Notes under the pieces: model-generated
Databases searched by the model: none
Told to the model about the DNA's origin: nothing
Seen by the model: the letters and a program-made list of their open reading frames with translations, nothing else
Position numbers and translations under genes: made by a program
NCBI GenBank assembly: GCA_964526225.1
Contig: CAZGLL010000001.1
Coordinates: 58,903 to 122,902 of the forward strand
Source: an uncultured Desulfurococcales archaeon
GTDB lineage: Archaea; Thermoproteota; Thermoprotei_A; EX4484-217-1
Direction of reading: 5' to 3'
DNA length: 64,000 bases
Shown here: in pieces, positions 40,534 to 50,195 of the stretch
How the letters are laid out: each line of letters starts with the position of its first letter
Position numbering within the stretch: position 1 is the stretch's first letter

Positions 40534-41517
40534 ATGTATGTTCGAGCTTCAATAGGTACATTGGCATCATTAGGGTTGTTAGATATTAAAATGCTCGAAA
40601 AACCATATACAGCTTATGTACTTCAGTATTCAGAAAACGGGTGTGAGGCCGAATGTCTTTTCTGTCCACAAAGCAGAATTAATTTCTCGAGAAAAGATTT
40701 TGTTTCAAGAGTTGTATGGCCGAGAATAGAATTAGAGAAACTGATTAAAGCAATTAAAAGGAAAAACGTTTTCGCAAGAATATGTGTTCAAAACGTTATT
40801 AAACCCTCTTTTGAGGACGAATTCCTAGAAATAATAAGGAATATCAGAAAGAGCAATATAAGAACATCCTTAAGCGCTTCTATAACGCCTGTCAGTAAAG
40901 AGTTTCTCATTAAGTTAAAAGAACTAGGAGTAGACTACTTAGGTGTAGGCTTAGACGCTGCATCACCAAGTGTTTTCAAGACCATTCGAAAGCCATTTAC
41001 ATGGGAAAGATATATGGAATTCATAAGGGATGGTATTGAAGTTTTCGGGTTAAGAAAGGTAGATGTTCACTTAATATTTGGTCTAGGTGAAAGCGAAAGA
41101 GAGTTCGTGGAAACAATGAAGAAGGTTCATGAGCTTGGAGCTGAAATAGCATTATTCGCTTATACGCCAGTTAAGGGAACAATGTTAAACATTAAGAAGC
41201 AACCATCATTAATTTCATGGAGAAAAATGCAATTAGCAAAATATCTTATTGAAAAAGGTAAAGAAGATGAAATATTTTATGTAAATGACAAAGTAGGCTT
41301 CAAAAAGAGCTTCTTAAAGGATGTAATAAGTAACTTGGAAAAATACGTTTCATTGTTTCTAACAACAGGTTGTCCTTCATGCAATAGACCATTCTACAAT
41401 GAGAGTCCAAAGGGACCATACTATAACTTCCCATCTATATCATTTGCTAAGGAAAGATTAGCTATCATTAGAAGAGATTTAGAGAAAATTCTTAATGAAT
41501 GTGATAAATATGAGTAA
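40534..41517 (+). CDS. Radical SAM protein, LipS1/LipS2-type archaeal lipoyl synthase component
   Basis: CEAECLFC Cx3Cx2C. Divergent from lplA, and overlaps a second radical SAM gene by 23 bp. Confidence 0.55.
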   Translation: MYVRASIGTLASLGLLDIKMLEKPYTAYVLQYSENGCEAECLFCPQSRINFSRKDFVSRVVWPRIELEKLIKAIKRKNVFARICVQNVIKPSFEDEFLEIIRNIRKSNIRTSLSASITPVSKEFLIKLKELGVDYLGVGLDAASPSVFKTIRKPFTWERYMEFIRDGIEVFGLRKVDVHLIFGLGESEREFVETMKKVHELGAEIALFAYTPVKGTMLNIKKQPSLISWRKMQLAKYLIEKGKEDEIFYVNDKVGFKKSFLKDVISNLEKYVSLFLTTGCPSCNRPFYNESPKGPYYNFPSISFAKERLAIIRRDLEKILNECDKYE

Positions 41518-42367
41518 TGTTAAAGCGTATATTCCTGGCAAAAAATTCCCAGACATAAGCATTACTGGCACATCATGCCCGCTTAATTGCGCATATTGTG
41601 AAGGATATTATCTTCATGGTATGGAGTTAGCACCTACCCCAAAGAAGCTATATGATACTGTAAAATACCTTGTAAAAAGGGGAGCTAAGGGCGTTTTGAT
41701 AAGTGGAGGTTTTGATTTACAAGGTAAGCTTCCTGTAGAACCCTTTCTTTCAACAATAAAGGATATTAAAAGAGATTTTGATATTATAATAAGCGTTCAT
41801 CAAGGTCTTGTAAGTAAAGACTTAGCAATAAAATTAAGAGAAGCGGGTGTTGATATAGTAGATTATGAAATGATTCTTGATCCATTTGTTATAAAGAACA
41901 TTAAAAATTTAAAGAATAAAGACCCCGAAGACTACATAAGGTCTTTTGAACTCCTAGATAAGTATGGTCCTCCCTATATTGCTCCTCACATACCGTTAGG
42001 ATTAAATTATGGGAAAATAGTTTATGAATACAAGGTTATTGATGCTTTAATGGATTTTAACCCATATATTCTAGTTTTCCTCATCTTCATACCTACAAGA
42101 GGAACAAAAATGGAAAATTCCTCTATTCCTGAAGCAAAAGATGTAGTCAAAATCATTGCGTATGCGAGGAAAAAGTTTAATGGTATATTAGCTCTAGGAT
42201 GTATGAGGCCTTGGAAAACAAAGTATCTGGTAGATCCCTATCTAATAGAAAAACAGCTTGTTGATAGAATAACTAATCCTCCCAAGTCTATAATTAAGAA
42301 GTATGGTCTTAGAGTAATTGAGGCTTGCTGTTCTGTTCCTAAGGAATTACTTTATAAATTCATTTAA
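41495..42367 (+). CDS. Radical SAM protein, LipS1/LipS2-type archaeal lipoyl synthase component
   Basis: CPLNCAYCEG Cx3Cx2C. Tandem with the preceding radical SAM gene. Confidence 0.55.
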   Translation: MNVINMSNVKAYIPGKKFPDISITGTSCPLNCAYCEGYYLHGMELAPTPKKLYDTVKYLVKRGAKGVLISGGFDLQGKLPVEPFLSTIKDIKRDFDIIISVHQGLVSKDLAIKLREAGVDIVDYEMILDPFVIKNIKNLKNKDPEDYIRSFELLDKYGPPYIAPHIPLGLNYGKIVYEYKVIDALMDFNPYILVFLIFIPTRGTKMENSSIPEAKDVVKIIAYARKKFNGILALGCMRPWKTKYLVDPYLIEKQLVDRITNPPKSIIKKYGLRVIEACCSVPKELLYKFI

Positions 42368-42563
42368 TTTTGTACTGATCTACTACTTCGTTTAACCTTA
42401 TCCTTTCGACTAATTCTTTAGCTTTCTTAATAGCATCTTCGCTATTCTCCGCAGAAACATTGAGAACAATATTTGTTCCTTTAATTCTTACTCTAAATCT
42501 CTTTTCACCAAGTAGCTCATATTCCTCTATAACCTCAAGATCCAATTTTTTCATCATGAACAC
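42360..42563 (-). CDS. Hypothetical small protein
   Basis: 67-aa ORF. Confidence 0.3.
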   Translation of the reverse strand: MFMMKKLDLEVIEEYELLGEKRFRVRIKGTNIVLNVSAENSEDAIKKAKELVERIRLNEVVDQYKIK

Positions 42564-44041
42564 CCTAATTCCCTATATAGTTTTTTGACTATAAAAGGGT
42601 ATAAAGGCGATATAGGTGCTAAAACCCTTATATAACCTCTGTTTACAGTATTGCATATATTGTGTAAACTTCCCTCGTTTTCTAAATAACCTTTAGCTAA
42701 ACTTTTAGCAGCTATGAAGCTTTCATCAAATTTAAATTTAAGATAGACCGTTGTAAATGCAATGTACTCTGCAATATCCCATGATGGAGGAATTTTTTGC
42801 GAAGCTTGCTCTAAATCTATAGGAACTATAGCTCCATGTTTGTTAAGTATAAAGTTTGAAGGTCTTGTATCACCGATTGATAATCCTAATTTATGTATGT
42901 CTGCTAGAAGACCGCCTAGGCGGTAACATGCATTTTTGAAGTCTTTACTATGTAGAACTTCTACTAAATTACTGCCTTCAATGTATTCCCTAATAACATA
43001 TTTTTTATGCCAATCGATTCCGAGAACCATAGGTACCCTTAATCCTGACTTTCTTAATAACGTAATGGCGTTCACCTCACGTAATAACCTTTCACTAGCA
43101 GATAACGCAAAATCAACTGTTCCAATAGTCCATAATCCTATAGGTAACCATTTCAACGATTTCCAGTCCCTATATTTTTTTACAACAACTAACATCTTTC
43201 TTCCGTGGAATTCTGCTTCACCTAGAAATGTGTAGTTGATGGTGCTTCCTAAAGATTTAACGTAGGAAATGTTTTCGAAACCTTTATGAAATGACATTAT
43301 TTTATTGTCGATTTCAATATAAAGTTCGGAATATGGCGATGGAGCTACTATTTTCGGCAGAAACCCTCTAATTTCTGGGATAATAATCGCTAAAGGTATT
43401 ATGTTTCTTACCTTTAATGAATATTCCATATACGGAACTATTATTTCGCGAATGAATCTTTCAGTAATGAGCAAAGGCGTTTTTCTAGCTTTTTCCAAAA
43501 AGCTTTCACATATTTTAAAAAAACCAGAATTACTTGCTGAGCAAAGAATCTCCTGCTTTTCAAGATATTTTAAATAGCTTAAAAACTTCACTAAAAAAAT
43601 GTCTTTCATTCTCTCAATATTCATTAGAGAACATACATTTATAGGGTCTAAGTATCCTACAAGAGACCTATATGATGCTAATAAGTCATAAAATAAGAAC
43701 GTTGGGGTGAAGTATATTTTAGTTGCGAACTCTGGCCCTACTTCGCTAATAAGTCTTTTAAGGGTTAATGTAACGAAGTTCCTTAATGCTGCATACTCAA
43801 TACTCTTGGCTTTAGTTAGGTTCCCTACTACTTGATTTGAGAGGAGCGTTCTTAATAGTAAGAAACCTCCTAGAATTCCATACTTTACATCATACCTTAA
43901 AATGTTCTCACTAACAACTATTCTGATAATAAGCTTTCTTTGAGACTTCTTATAAGTTATTTTAGGGAAAAATGTTTTTTCATCAACTACAATTACTTCT
44001 TCAAAATACTTTGTCTTCCCAATATTGCAGCTTATTTTCAT
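42554..44041 (-). CDS. Protein with a C-terminal Bud32/RIO-like atypical Ser/Thr protein kinase domain
   Basis: LVVVKKY (VAIK-like Lys), catalytic loop HKLGLSIGDTRPSNFIL, IDLEQA in the DFG position. N-terminal approx. 270 aa are unassigned. Confidence 0.5.
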   Translation of the reverse strand: MKISCNIGKTKYFEEVIVVDEKTFFPKITYKKSQRKLIIRIVVSENILRYDVKYGILGGFLLLRTLLSNQVVGNLTKAKSIEYAALRNFVTLTLKRLISEVGPEFATKIYFTPTFLFYDLLASYRSLVGYLDPINVCSLMNIERMKDIFLVKFLSYLKYLEKQEILCSASNSGFFKICESFLEKARKTPLLITERFIREIIVPYMEYSLKVRNIIPLAIIIPEIRGFLPKIVAPSPYSELYIEIDNKIMSFHKGFENISYVKSLGSTINYTFLGEAEFHGRKMLVVVKKYRDWKSLKWLPIGLWTIGTVDFALSASERLLREVNAITLLRKSGLRVPMVLGIDWHKKYVIREYIEGSNLVEVLHSKDFKNACYRLGGLLADIHKLGLSIGDTRPSNFILNKHGAIVPIDLEQASQKIPPSWDIAEYIAFTTVYLKFKFDESFIAAKSLAKGYLENEGSLHNICNTVNRGYIRVLAPISPLYPFIVKKLYRELGCS

Positions 44042-44052
44042 TTTAAAAACGT

Positions 44053-44110
44053 AGCTCAGTTAAACCCCACCGTCATCAGCATTCAGTGATCGAGGACTTC
44101 TTCATCGCCT
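44053..44110 (-). ncRNA. Candidate C/D box sRNA
   Basis: Reverse strand reads GAUGAAGA (C), AGUCCUCGAUCA (12 nt), CUGA (D'), AUG, CUGAUGA (C'), CGGUGGGGUUUAA, CUGA (D). Confidence 0.5.
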
Positions 44111-44120
44111 CCTTACTTAA

Positions 44121-44846
44121 CTATTCTACTTTAATTAATTCTTTAAGAGTTTCCTTTGCCTTCTCCCTATCTATTTCCTTAACCCTATTTTCACTTAGCG
44201 CCTTAATTAGCTCTTCTTTAACGCTCTTAGCTATTTCTAATGGGTCTGGACTATATTTTAACTTCATAAGATAGCGGAAAGCCCTACCTTCCGGTGTAAC
44301 TATTACTGCTAATGCTTCTCCTTCCTCGTTTCGGAATAAAACCCTTACAGCACCTATTGTCGCATATGTTTCCTCCTTAGGCGCCTTAACTACATAAACG
44401 TCCTCTAAACCCTCCTTTACCGTACCTAAATATTCTACTTCAATTTCCACAGGCAAAGCTGGTCTAGCCATTATTTCTTCTCTTTTCTCAAGAACCTTAG
44501 GTAGGAGCTCCTTAATTTTAGTAGATGTTTCCTCCACAGGCTTATAATGTTGTACTTCGAGAGTATTCCATTTCCACTTTATCTTACCATTCTCAATTTC
44601 ATACTCAATAGTTATACGTACAACATCGCCCTTCTCAACACCTACCTCTCTAAACAACTCAAATAGTAAAGCGTTAAGTTCGCCTGTAGCCCGAGCTACT
44701 TCCTTATTATCGATTTTTCCTTTAAGCGTAGCAAACATAACCCTTCTAAGTTTGTTAGCATATGCACCTGCTATTATTAAGCCTGAGGAAACTCTTGCCA
44801 AACTTAAACCCCTCCGTATCAGAATATTATCTTCCTTCCTAATCAA
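44121..44846 (-). CDS. Hypothetical protein
   Basis: 241-aa charged ORF. Confidence 0.4.
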   Translation of the reverse strand: MIRKEDNILIRRGLSLARVSSGLIIAGAYANKLRRVMFATLKGKIDNKEVARATGELNALLFELFREVGVEKGDVVRITIEYEIENGKIKWKWNTLEVQHYKPVEETSTKIKELLPKVLEKREEIMARPALPVEIEVEYLGTVKEGLEDVYVVKAPKEETYATIGAVRVLFRNEEGEALAVIVTPEGRAFRYLMKLKYSPDPLEIAKSVKEELIKALSENRVKEIDREKAKETLKELIKVE

Positions 44847-44908
44847 AATTATTCATTAAAGTTTAAAACTGCCTTCTACGGAGCTTTAGTAAAAGGGCTA
44901 TATGGGGT

Positions 44909-45139
44909 GTGCTAAATACAATGGAGTTGAAAAACAAGCGTATTCTTTCAGAGGAAGAAAAAGCAATAATTGAGGTTATTAAGGAACGTGGTGAACTAAC
45001 TTTTGAAGAACTAAAGAACCATGTTAAAATAGATAAACCTAGGTTAAGAGTGATTATTGCGGAAATGTTACGTAAAGGCTTACTAGTTAAGGTACCGAAT
45101 TTTGAAAGAGGAAAATTTGTTTATAGAGTGTCAAAATAG
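44909..45139 (+). CDS. Small winged-helix DNA-binding protein
   Basis: 76 aa. wHTH-like core ELTFEELKNHVKIDKPRLRVIIAEMLRKGLL. Confidence 0.4.
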   Translation: MLNTMELKNKRILSEEEKAIIEVIKERGELTFEELKNHVKIDKPRLRVIIAEMLRKGLLVKVPNFERGKFVYRVSK

Positions 45140-45149
45140 GGTGATGAAT

Positions 45150-46265
45150 CTAATTCCTACTAAGTGCCTCGTGTATTATATCTTTCGCTTTGCTAAGGTT
45201 CTTTTTCCTCTTTTCCTGGTGCATAATAAGCCATTTAACAAATAGATCCGCTACCTCTCTCTTACATTCTCCACAGAGTCTTAATCCATGCTTGCATTCC
45301 TCATAAACTCTCCTTACCCTAGATTCATCATCGATGTGGTACATGGCTAATTGATATATTGCACATTTTTCAGGATTACCACCAAGTTTCCTTTGCAGCT
45401 CCGCTGTTTCCCTACCACCAGTATACGCGTTCATGAGCTTTTTCCATACTTCTGAAGGAGCGTCTTTAAGTGTAATGTAGCTCATGGGGTCTCTTTTACT
45501 CATCTTAAATCCTGGCCCCTTAAGACTCCACTGGAGTTTATGATATACTGCTGCTGGTGGAATAAATCCAAACTTTTTAGCGTATTTTCTAGCTAAGTCA
45601 CGTGTCAATCTAATGTGTGGATCTTGATCAGCACCTACCGGAACAACTGTTGGCTTAGGGCCTCCAAAGTCCGGATGCTGAGGTAATAGTATATCGCCTA
45701 CCTGAACCATGGCTGTCATGTACATTCCTAAATGTTTTTCGCCATATATGGCTTCTAAGAGATTATAGGTTATTCCTCTAGCAAAGAAGTATCCATACCG
45801 CATTACTCGAGGTTCTCTTGATTGCAAATAAATATAGGTTCTTTTAAGATCTATCCCTAAAGCTATTAAATCTGCAACATTTTCAATAGCATAATTTACT
45901 GATTCTTCAAAAGGTATTCCGTTATCCTCCCATGCTTCTATGTCTGCTATTGCGTAAAATACTTTAGCTTTAGGGGAGAGTTTTTGGAGATATATTATTT
46001 GTTCAGCTGTCATTTTACTTCCTAAGTGAAATATTCCTGAAGGCTTTATTCCGGACATTACAGCGTACTCTTCATTATTCTTAATTGCCCTGATTATTAT
46101 CTGAAAGTCCCTATGTCCGAAAACTATTTTCCTAGCAAAGTATCTATTAAGGAATGGTAGTTCTTTAAGTAGATCCTCCGTTAAAGGCTCTATGCCGAAA
46201 ACTTCAATAAGTTTTCCATAATCTTCAACATCGACAACAGACCATGGATCGAACTTCTTCACCAT
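45150..46265 (-). CDS. trpS: Tryptophanyl-tRNA synthetase (class I)
   Basis: HIGH-region variant (SGIKPSGIFHLGS), KMSKS variant (FKMSKRD), GADQDPHIRLTRD typical of archaeal/eukaryal TrpRS. 371 aa. Confidence 0.8.
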   Translation of the reverse strand: MVKKFDPWSVVDVEDYGKLIEVFGIEPLTEDLLKELPFLNRYFARKIVFGHRDFQIIIRAIKNNEEYAVMSGIKPSGIFHLGSKMTAEQIIYLQKLSPKAKVFYAIADIEAWEDNGIPFEESVNYAIENVADLIALGIDLKRTYIYLQSREPRVMRYGYFFARGITYNLLEAIYGEKHLGMYMTAMVQVGDILLPQHPDFGGPKPTVVPVGADQDPHIRLTRDLARKYAKKFGFIPPAAVYHKLQWSLKGPGFKMSKRDPMSYITLKDAPSEVWKKLMNAYTGGRETAELQRKLGGNPEKCAIYQLAMYHIDDESRVRRVYEECKHGLRLCGECKREVADLFVKWLIMHQEKRKKNLSKAKDIIHEALSRN

Positions 46266-46279
46266 TATTAACCTTACCC

Positions 46280-46774
46280 CTAGGAAATATCCTTTATAGC
46301 TTTCACTAATTTATTATATGTTTCTTCAAGGGCTTGAGGTATAACCTTAACATCACCTAAAACGGGCATGAAATTTGTATCACCTAACCATCTAGGTACA
46401 ATATGTATGTGAACATGGTCTTCAATACCAGCACCAGCAACACTTCCTAAATTTATTCCTATGTTGAAACCATGTGGGCTAAATACCTTCTTAAGTAGCT
46501 TAACAGATAAAACAGTGAGCTCCATGAGATCATAAAGCTCATCTTTAGTAAGTTCTTCAAGTGCTCCTATATGGCGGTAAGTAGCAACCATCAAATGTCC
46601 GGGATTGTATGGATACAGATTCATGAGAATAAAAGCGTTCTTACCCCTATATATAACGTAATTTTCTTTATCCTTACCTGATTTTGCTGCAGTGCAGATG
46701 AAGCACCCCTTAGGCTTAGGAGCTTCAATATATCTTATTCTCCATGGTGCCCAAAGCACTTTCACATTTACCAC
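46280..46774 (-). CDS. HIT family (histidine triad) nucleotide hydrolase
   Basis: HVHIHIVPR histidine triad. 164 aa. Confidence 0.8.
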   Translation of the reverse strand: MVNVKVLWAPWRIRYIEAPKPKGCFICTAAKSGKDKENYVIYRGKNAFILMNLYPYNPGHLMVATYRHIGALEELTKDELYDLMELTVLSVKLLKKVFSPHGFNIGINLGSVAGAGIEDHVHIHIVPRWLGDTNFMPVLGDVKVIPQALEETYNKLVKAIKDIS

Positions 46775-46791
46775 CTAATTGCATTATAGGT

Positions 46792-47592
46792 TTAACACGC
46801 TGGAACTTTTAAAATATACGTAAACAATAAACATAAAATGACATCACCAAAGATTAACGATACTACATACCCGAAAGTTATGAAAACTAGTAATGGTATA
46901 CCTTGTGTTACCCAAATAACATCGCCATAACTAAGCAAGCCCCTTTCTACAAGTTTCCTAAGCTCATCCTGATGTTCATAATGTTCTTCTTCAATAGAAA
47001 ATGACAACCTATATGTTGTCTCGAGTTTTCCGTTTTGAGCTACTCTATAAATAATCAATGGATAGGTGAATTTCATTCCTAAATACTTTTCTATGGTTAC
47101 AGGGAATCCTAAAAACATGTAAGCTATTTTATACCTTTTAGGAATTCTAAGCTTAAACACTAAACCTAGATGAGATAGATTTCTTGCAATATTCATTAGA
47201 GGAATGATTAATGAAGAAATTAGCGAATTAACTAAAACAGTCAATATAAACGGTAGTGGCGGTTTTAGCCCGAATAAGGGTTTAAAAGGGTGCCATGGAT
47301 GCATAATAGCTAATGTAATTAGGGCGAATAAATCTGCTCCACCGAATAAATCTAAATAGTATGCTAAGCCACCTATACTTAAAGCAAAAAGTGCTGAAGC
47401 AGCCAACTTTAATATATCGTTTAGGGACATATTGAAAACTACGAATTCAGCTAAAGTTAACGTCACAGCCATGCTTCCAAAGACAAACCAAACTTTAAGA
47501 TCGACCTCTCTATACTTTATATCAAGTGCTGAAGTGTATAGTAGGAAAATTAGTGAGGTAATTACCTTTAATTCCTCTATTACATTGTACAC
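46792..47592 (-). CDS. A24-family aspartic peptidase (prepilin/preflagellin peptidase-like) membrane protein
   Basis: Multi-TM, conserved LDIKYREVD and GGADLFAL Asp motifs. Confidence 0.5.
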   Translation of the reverse strand: MYNVIEELKVITSLIFLLYTSALDIKYREVDLKVWFVFGSMAVTLTLAEFVVFNMSLNDILKLAASALFALSIGGLAYYLDLFGGADLFALITLAIMHPWHPFKPLFGLKPPLPFILTVLVNSLISSLIIPLMNIARNLSHLGLVFKLRIPKRYKIAYMFLGFPVTIEKYLGMKFTYPLIIYRVAQNGKLETTYRLSFSIEEEHYEHQDELRKLVERGLLSYGDVIWVTQGIPLLVFITFGYVVSLIFGDVILCLLFTYILKVPAC

Positions 47593-47603
47593 CTATCTTA
47601 ACC

Positions 47604-48545
47604 CTAAGGTAGAACTTCATTTATAGCCTTTAAAATTGTTTCTTTCTTCCTATAGATGCCAAAGTTTTTAGCTAAAAACTTATCAAACCATCCATAGTTT
47701 AGTGAACCACCTGCTGCATAAGGATGACCTCCGCCATTAAGTTTTTCAGCTATGGGTACGAGATTTACGCTTTCATTTCCTCTTCTCAAGCTAACCTTAC
47801 CTTCTGGAGATAAGACGACTATTATGTCATAGCCTTTTTTAGCAAGGATATCCGCTATTTCTCCTGCGGGAATATTTCCTTTAACAAGTGCTACCTTAAA
47901 CCCTTTAATTCTATATGATTCTAGTGTCTTCAGACATTCTCTTAGCATTTTCTTTTCTTTAGAAATAACTTCTCTAAATTTCTTTTCAAGATCATTATTC
48001 CAAAATATTCCTTTAGACAGCATTTCCACAAGGTTTTCTAATGATGTACCTTTATAGCTTATTACCTTTGATAATTTCTTGGAGATTTCGTTAGAGAAAA
48101 TCCAAAAATCAGCGTCACGTGCTAAGAAAGCAATCTTAGCCGCTATTGCATCGTTTGGGAGTAGTCTTCTTTGAACCAATTCTGCTCCACAAAACCTTTC
48201 GTTAACTATGAGTTCATCAATAAGCTTTTCAATTTTAACTTTGGCTTCATGATTCCATAAATGATGGTCAAACCATCTTATTTTAACTTGGTGGTTGTCT
48301 TTTATATCCTTTAATATCCTACTTACGTCACCTAGTAAGTGTTTATTCAAGCCTAAATCGGAAATGATTATTTCTGATACGTTGGTTTTGATAGGTAAGT
48401 TTTCAAGAGTAATGTGAAGCATTTGAGGTTCTGAGAAATAAACTTTAAAATCGCAGCCAATTTTATTAGCATACCTTAACACTATTGCTGCTGAAGCTAT
48501 ACCGTCTAAATCTTTCCCGTGTGTTAAACTGACTACTACCGCCAA
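47604..48545 (-). CDS. DHH family phosphoesterase (NrnA-like)
   Basis: DLDG and FDHH motifs. C-terminal GGGH (DHHA1-like). Confidence 0.75.
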   Translation of the reverse strand: MAVVVSLTHGKDLDGIASAAIVLRYANKIGCDFKVYFSEPQMLHITLENLPIKTNVSEIIISDLGLNKHLLGDVSRILKDIKDNHQVKIRWFDHHLWNHEAKVKIEKLIDELIVNERFCGAELVQRRLLPNDAIAAKIAFLARDADFWIFSNEISKKLSKVISYKGTSLENLVEMLSKGIFWNNDLEKKFREVISKEKKMLRECLKTLESYRIKGFKVALVKGNIPAGEIADILAKKGYDIIVVLSPEGKVSLRRGNESVNLVPIAEKLNGGGHPYAAGGSLNYGWFDKFLAKNFGIYRKKETILKAINEVLP

Positions 48546-48565
48546 GCTTTAATCACTCTTTAACC

Positions 48566-48859
48566 TTAACCCAGCATTTCTATTTCTAATTCATCACCTA
48601 CTATATAAACCTTAGTAGACGAAACTGAAACCTCCTTAATAATTGTCCCCTTAATTAGGGCTTTTTTAAATTTTGATTCAACCTTTCTTTTTTCAAGCAA
48701 AGACCTTAGCGCTAGTCTTAAGGCCTCACTTTTTGAAATTCCATGAACTGTACAGTAGTTTTCGAGAACCATTGCTTCACGGTCTGAAAGCATCACAGAG
48801 ACCATTTTCCCCATGCTTCCACCAGCGTACACATGAATAATATTGTTGTAGAAGTACAT
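48566..48859 (-). CDS. Hypothetical small protein
   Basis: 97-aa ORF. The real start may be an internal Met. Confidence 0.3.
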   Translation of the reverse strand: MYFYNNIIHVYAGGSMGKMVSVMLSDREAMVLENYCTVHGISKSEALRLALRSLLEKRKVESKFKKALIKGTIIKEVSVSSTKVYIVGDELEIEMLG

Positions 48860-49060
48860 TTCTTCATGAGATAAAATCTAAATACAAACAAATATATAAA
48901 TTAATGCATCATTGTTCAAGAATGTTCAAGAAGATATTGAACAAAATAAGCGTTTAGCAAATATAGCGCTGTAATACGCTTACGTATAATGTAGGCTTAA
49001 TTAAATTTCTGTTCAAATATGCATCCATTATATCTACTAAATAACGCTAAAACTTGGTTA

Positions 49061-50017
49061 TTACTCTGAGGGATCCCTTATACCTTCTTCAGTAATTACG
49101 AAAACAGCTTCGCCTTCAGGTAGATGAGGCGCATCAACTACTCTTGCTATTCGTCTATTGCCTCTACTCTTTCTTAGTTGAACTCTTACTCCAGGAGCAT
49201 GGTATAGTACATGGCCTCCTACAGCTTGTGTTGGATCACCGTAGAAAACGTCGGGTCTTGCCATTACTTGGTTTGTTACAACAACTGCAACATTATATAT
49301 CTCTGCTAGTCTCATAAGCTGATGGAGATGTCTGTTTAGCTTTTGCTGTCTTTGTGCTAAATGTTCTCTACCAATGTATTCAGCTCTAAAGTGCCCTGTT
49401 ACGGAGTCTACAACAACAAGCTTAATGTTCTCTTTAGGTACTAAATCAAATAGTTCATCCACTACGGCCATTTGGTGATCACTATTTACAGCTCTAACGT
49501 AGTAAATGTTCGCCATTACTTCGTCAGGGTTTAAACCCAGAGCCCTAGCCATAGATTCTATTCTTTCCCATCTAAATGTTCCCTCAGTATCAATGTATAC
49601 TGCTTTACCTCCTAAGCCACCCTTTTCCGGAGGTAATTGGACATTAACTGAAAGCTGAAGACAAATCTGAGTCTTCCCAGTACCATATTCGCCAAAGAAT
49701 TCCGATATAGTTTTAGTTTCTACACCTCCACCAAGAAGTGCATCTAAGTTTTTACTTCCAGTGGTTATCTTTTTAACGACCGCTCTTTCCTTCTTTAATT
49801 CTAAAGCTGTCTTAATTCTAATATCTAATGCTTCACGTGCTGCCTTAATTATTCTCTGAGCTGTAGCTAAAGGTATACCTACAGCAGTGCTTAACTCTTG
49901 AGGGGTAGCTACAGCTATTGCTTCGAGAGTACCATAACCTGCCTCTATAAGCTTAGAAGCTGTACTTTTACCTACACCTGGTAATTCAGAAATATTCCTT
50001 ATTTTTTTACTCACCAC
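49061..50017 (-). CDS. radA: DNA repair and recombination protein RadA
   Basis: Near-identical over long stretches to Sulfolobus RadA (GEYGTGKTQ Walker A, HhH N-terminal domain). GTG start. Confidence 0.95.
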   Translation of the reverse strand: MVSKKIRNISELPGVGKSTASKLIEAGYGTLEAIAVATPQELSTAVGIPLATAQRIIKAAREALDIRIKTALELKKERAVVKKITTGSKNLDALLGGGVETKTISEFFGEYGTGKTQICLQLSVNVQLPPEKGGLGGKAVYIDTEGTFRWERIESMARALGLNPDEVMANIYYVRAVNSDHQMAVVDELFDLVPKENIKLVVVDSVTGHFRAEYIGREHLAQRQQKLNRHLHQLMRLAEIYNVAVVVTNQVMARPDVFYGDPTQAVGGHVLYHAPGVRVQLRKSRGNRRIARVVDAPHLPEGEAVFVITEEGIRDPSE

Positions 50018-50020
50018 TCA

Positions 50021-50182
50021 CCCCTCATAGAAATGACTTACTTTTTAGCACTTAAATTCTTTATTCCTCTATGAGGGGTTGGGAGTATTTAAACTTCGTT
50101 CTAGTAGAGCAAACCGAAACTATTGTTAAGAATCACTCATGAAATCTTTAATGGTATTCTGCGATACCTAGAATTAGTTTCG
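50021..50182. promoter_or_regulatory. Divergent promoter region of radA and the 50196 ORF containing two inverted repeats
   Basis: CCCCTCATAG (50021-50030) pairs with CTATGAGGGG (50069-50078). CAAACCGAAACTA (50111-50123) pairs with TAGTTTCGGTTTC (50170-50182), with flanking CTAG extensions. Confidence 0.4.
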
Positions 50183-50195
50183 GTTTCAACTAGAA

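Noticed and set aside
44045-44075. Possible tRNA suggested by GTAGCTCAG on the + strand
   Set aside because: There is no matching D-stem partner, anticodon arm or T-loop (no GGTTCGAATCC-like motif). The sequence is better explained as part of a reverse-strand C/D sRNA.
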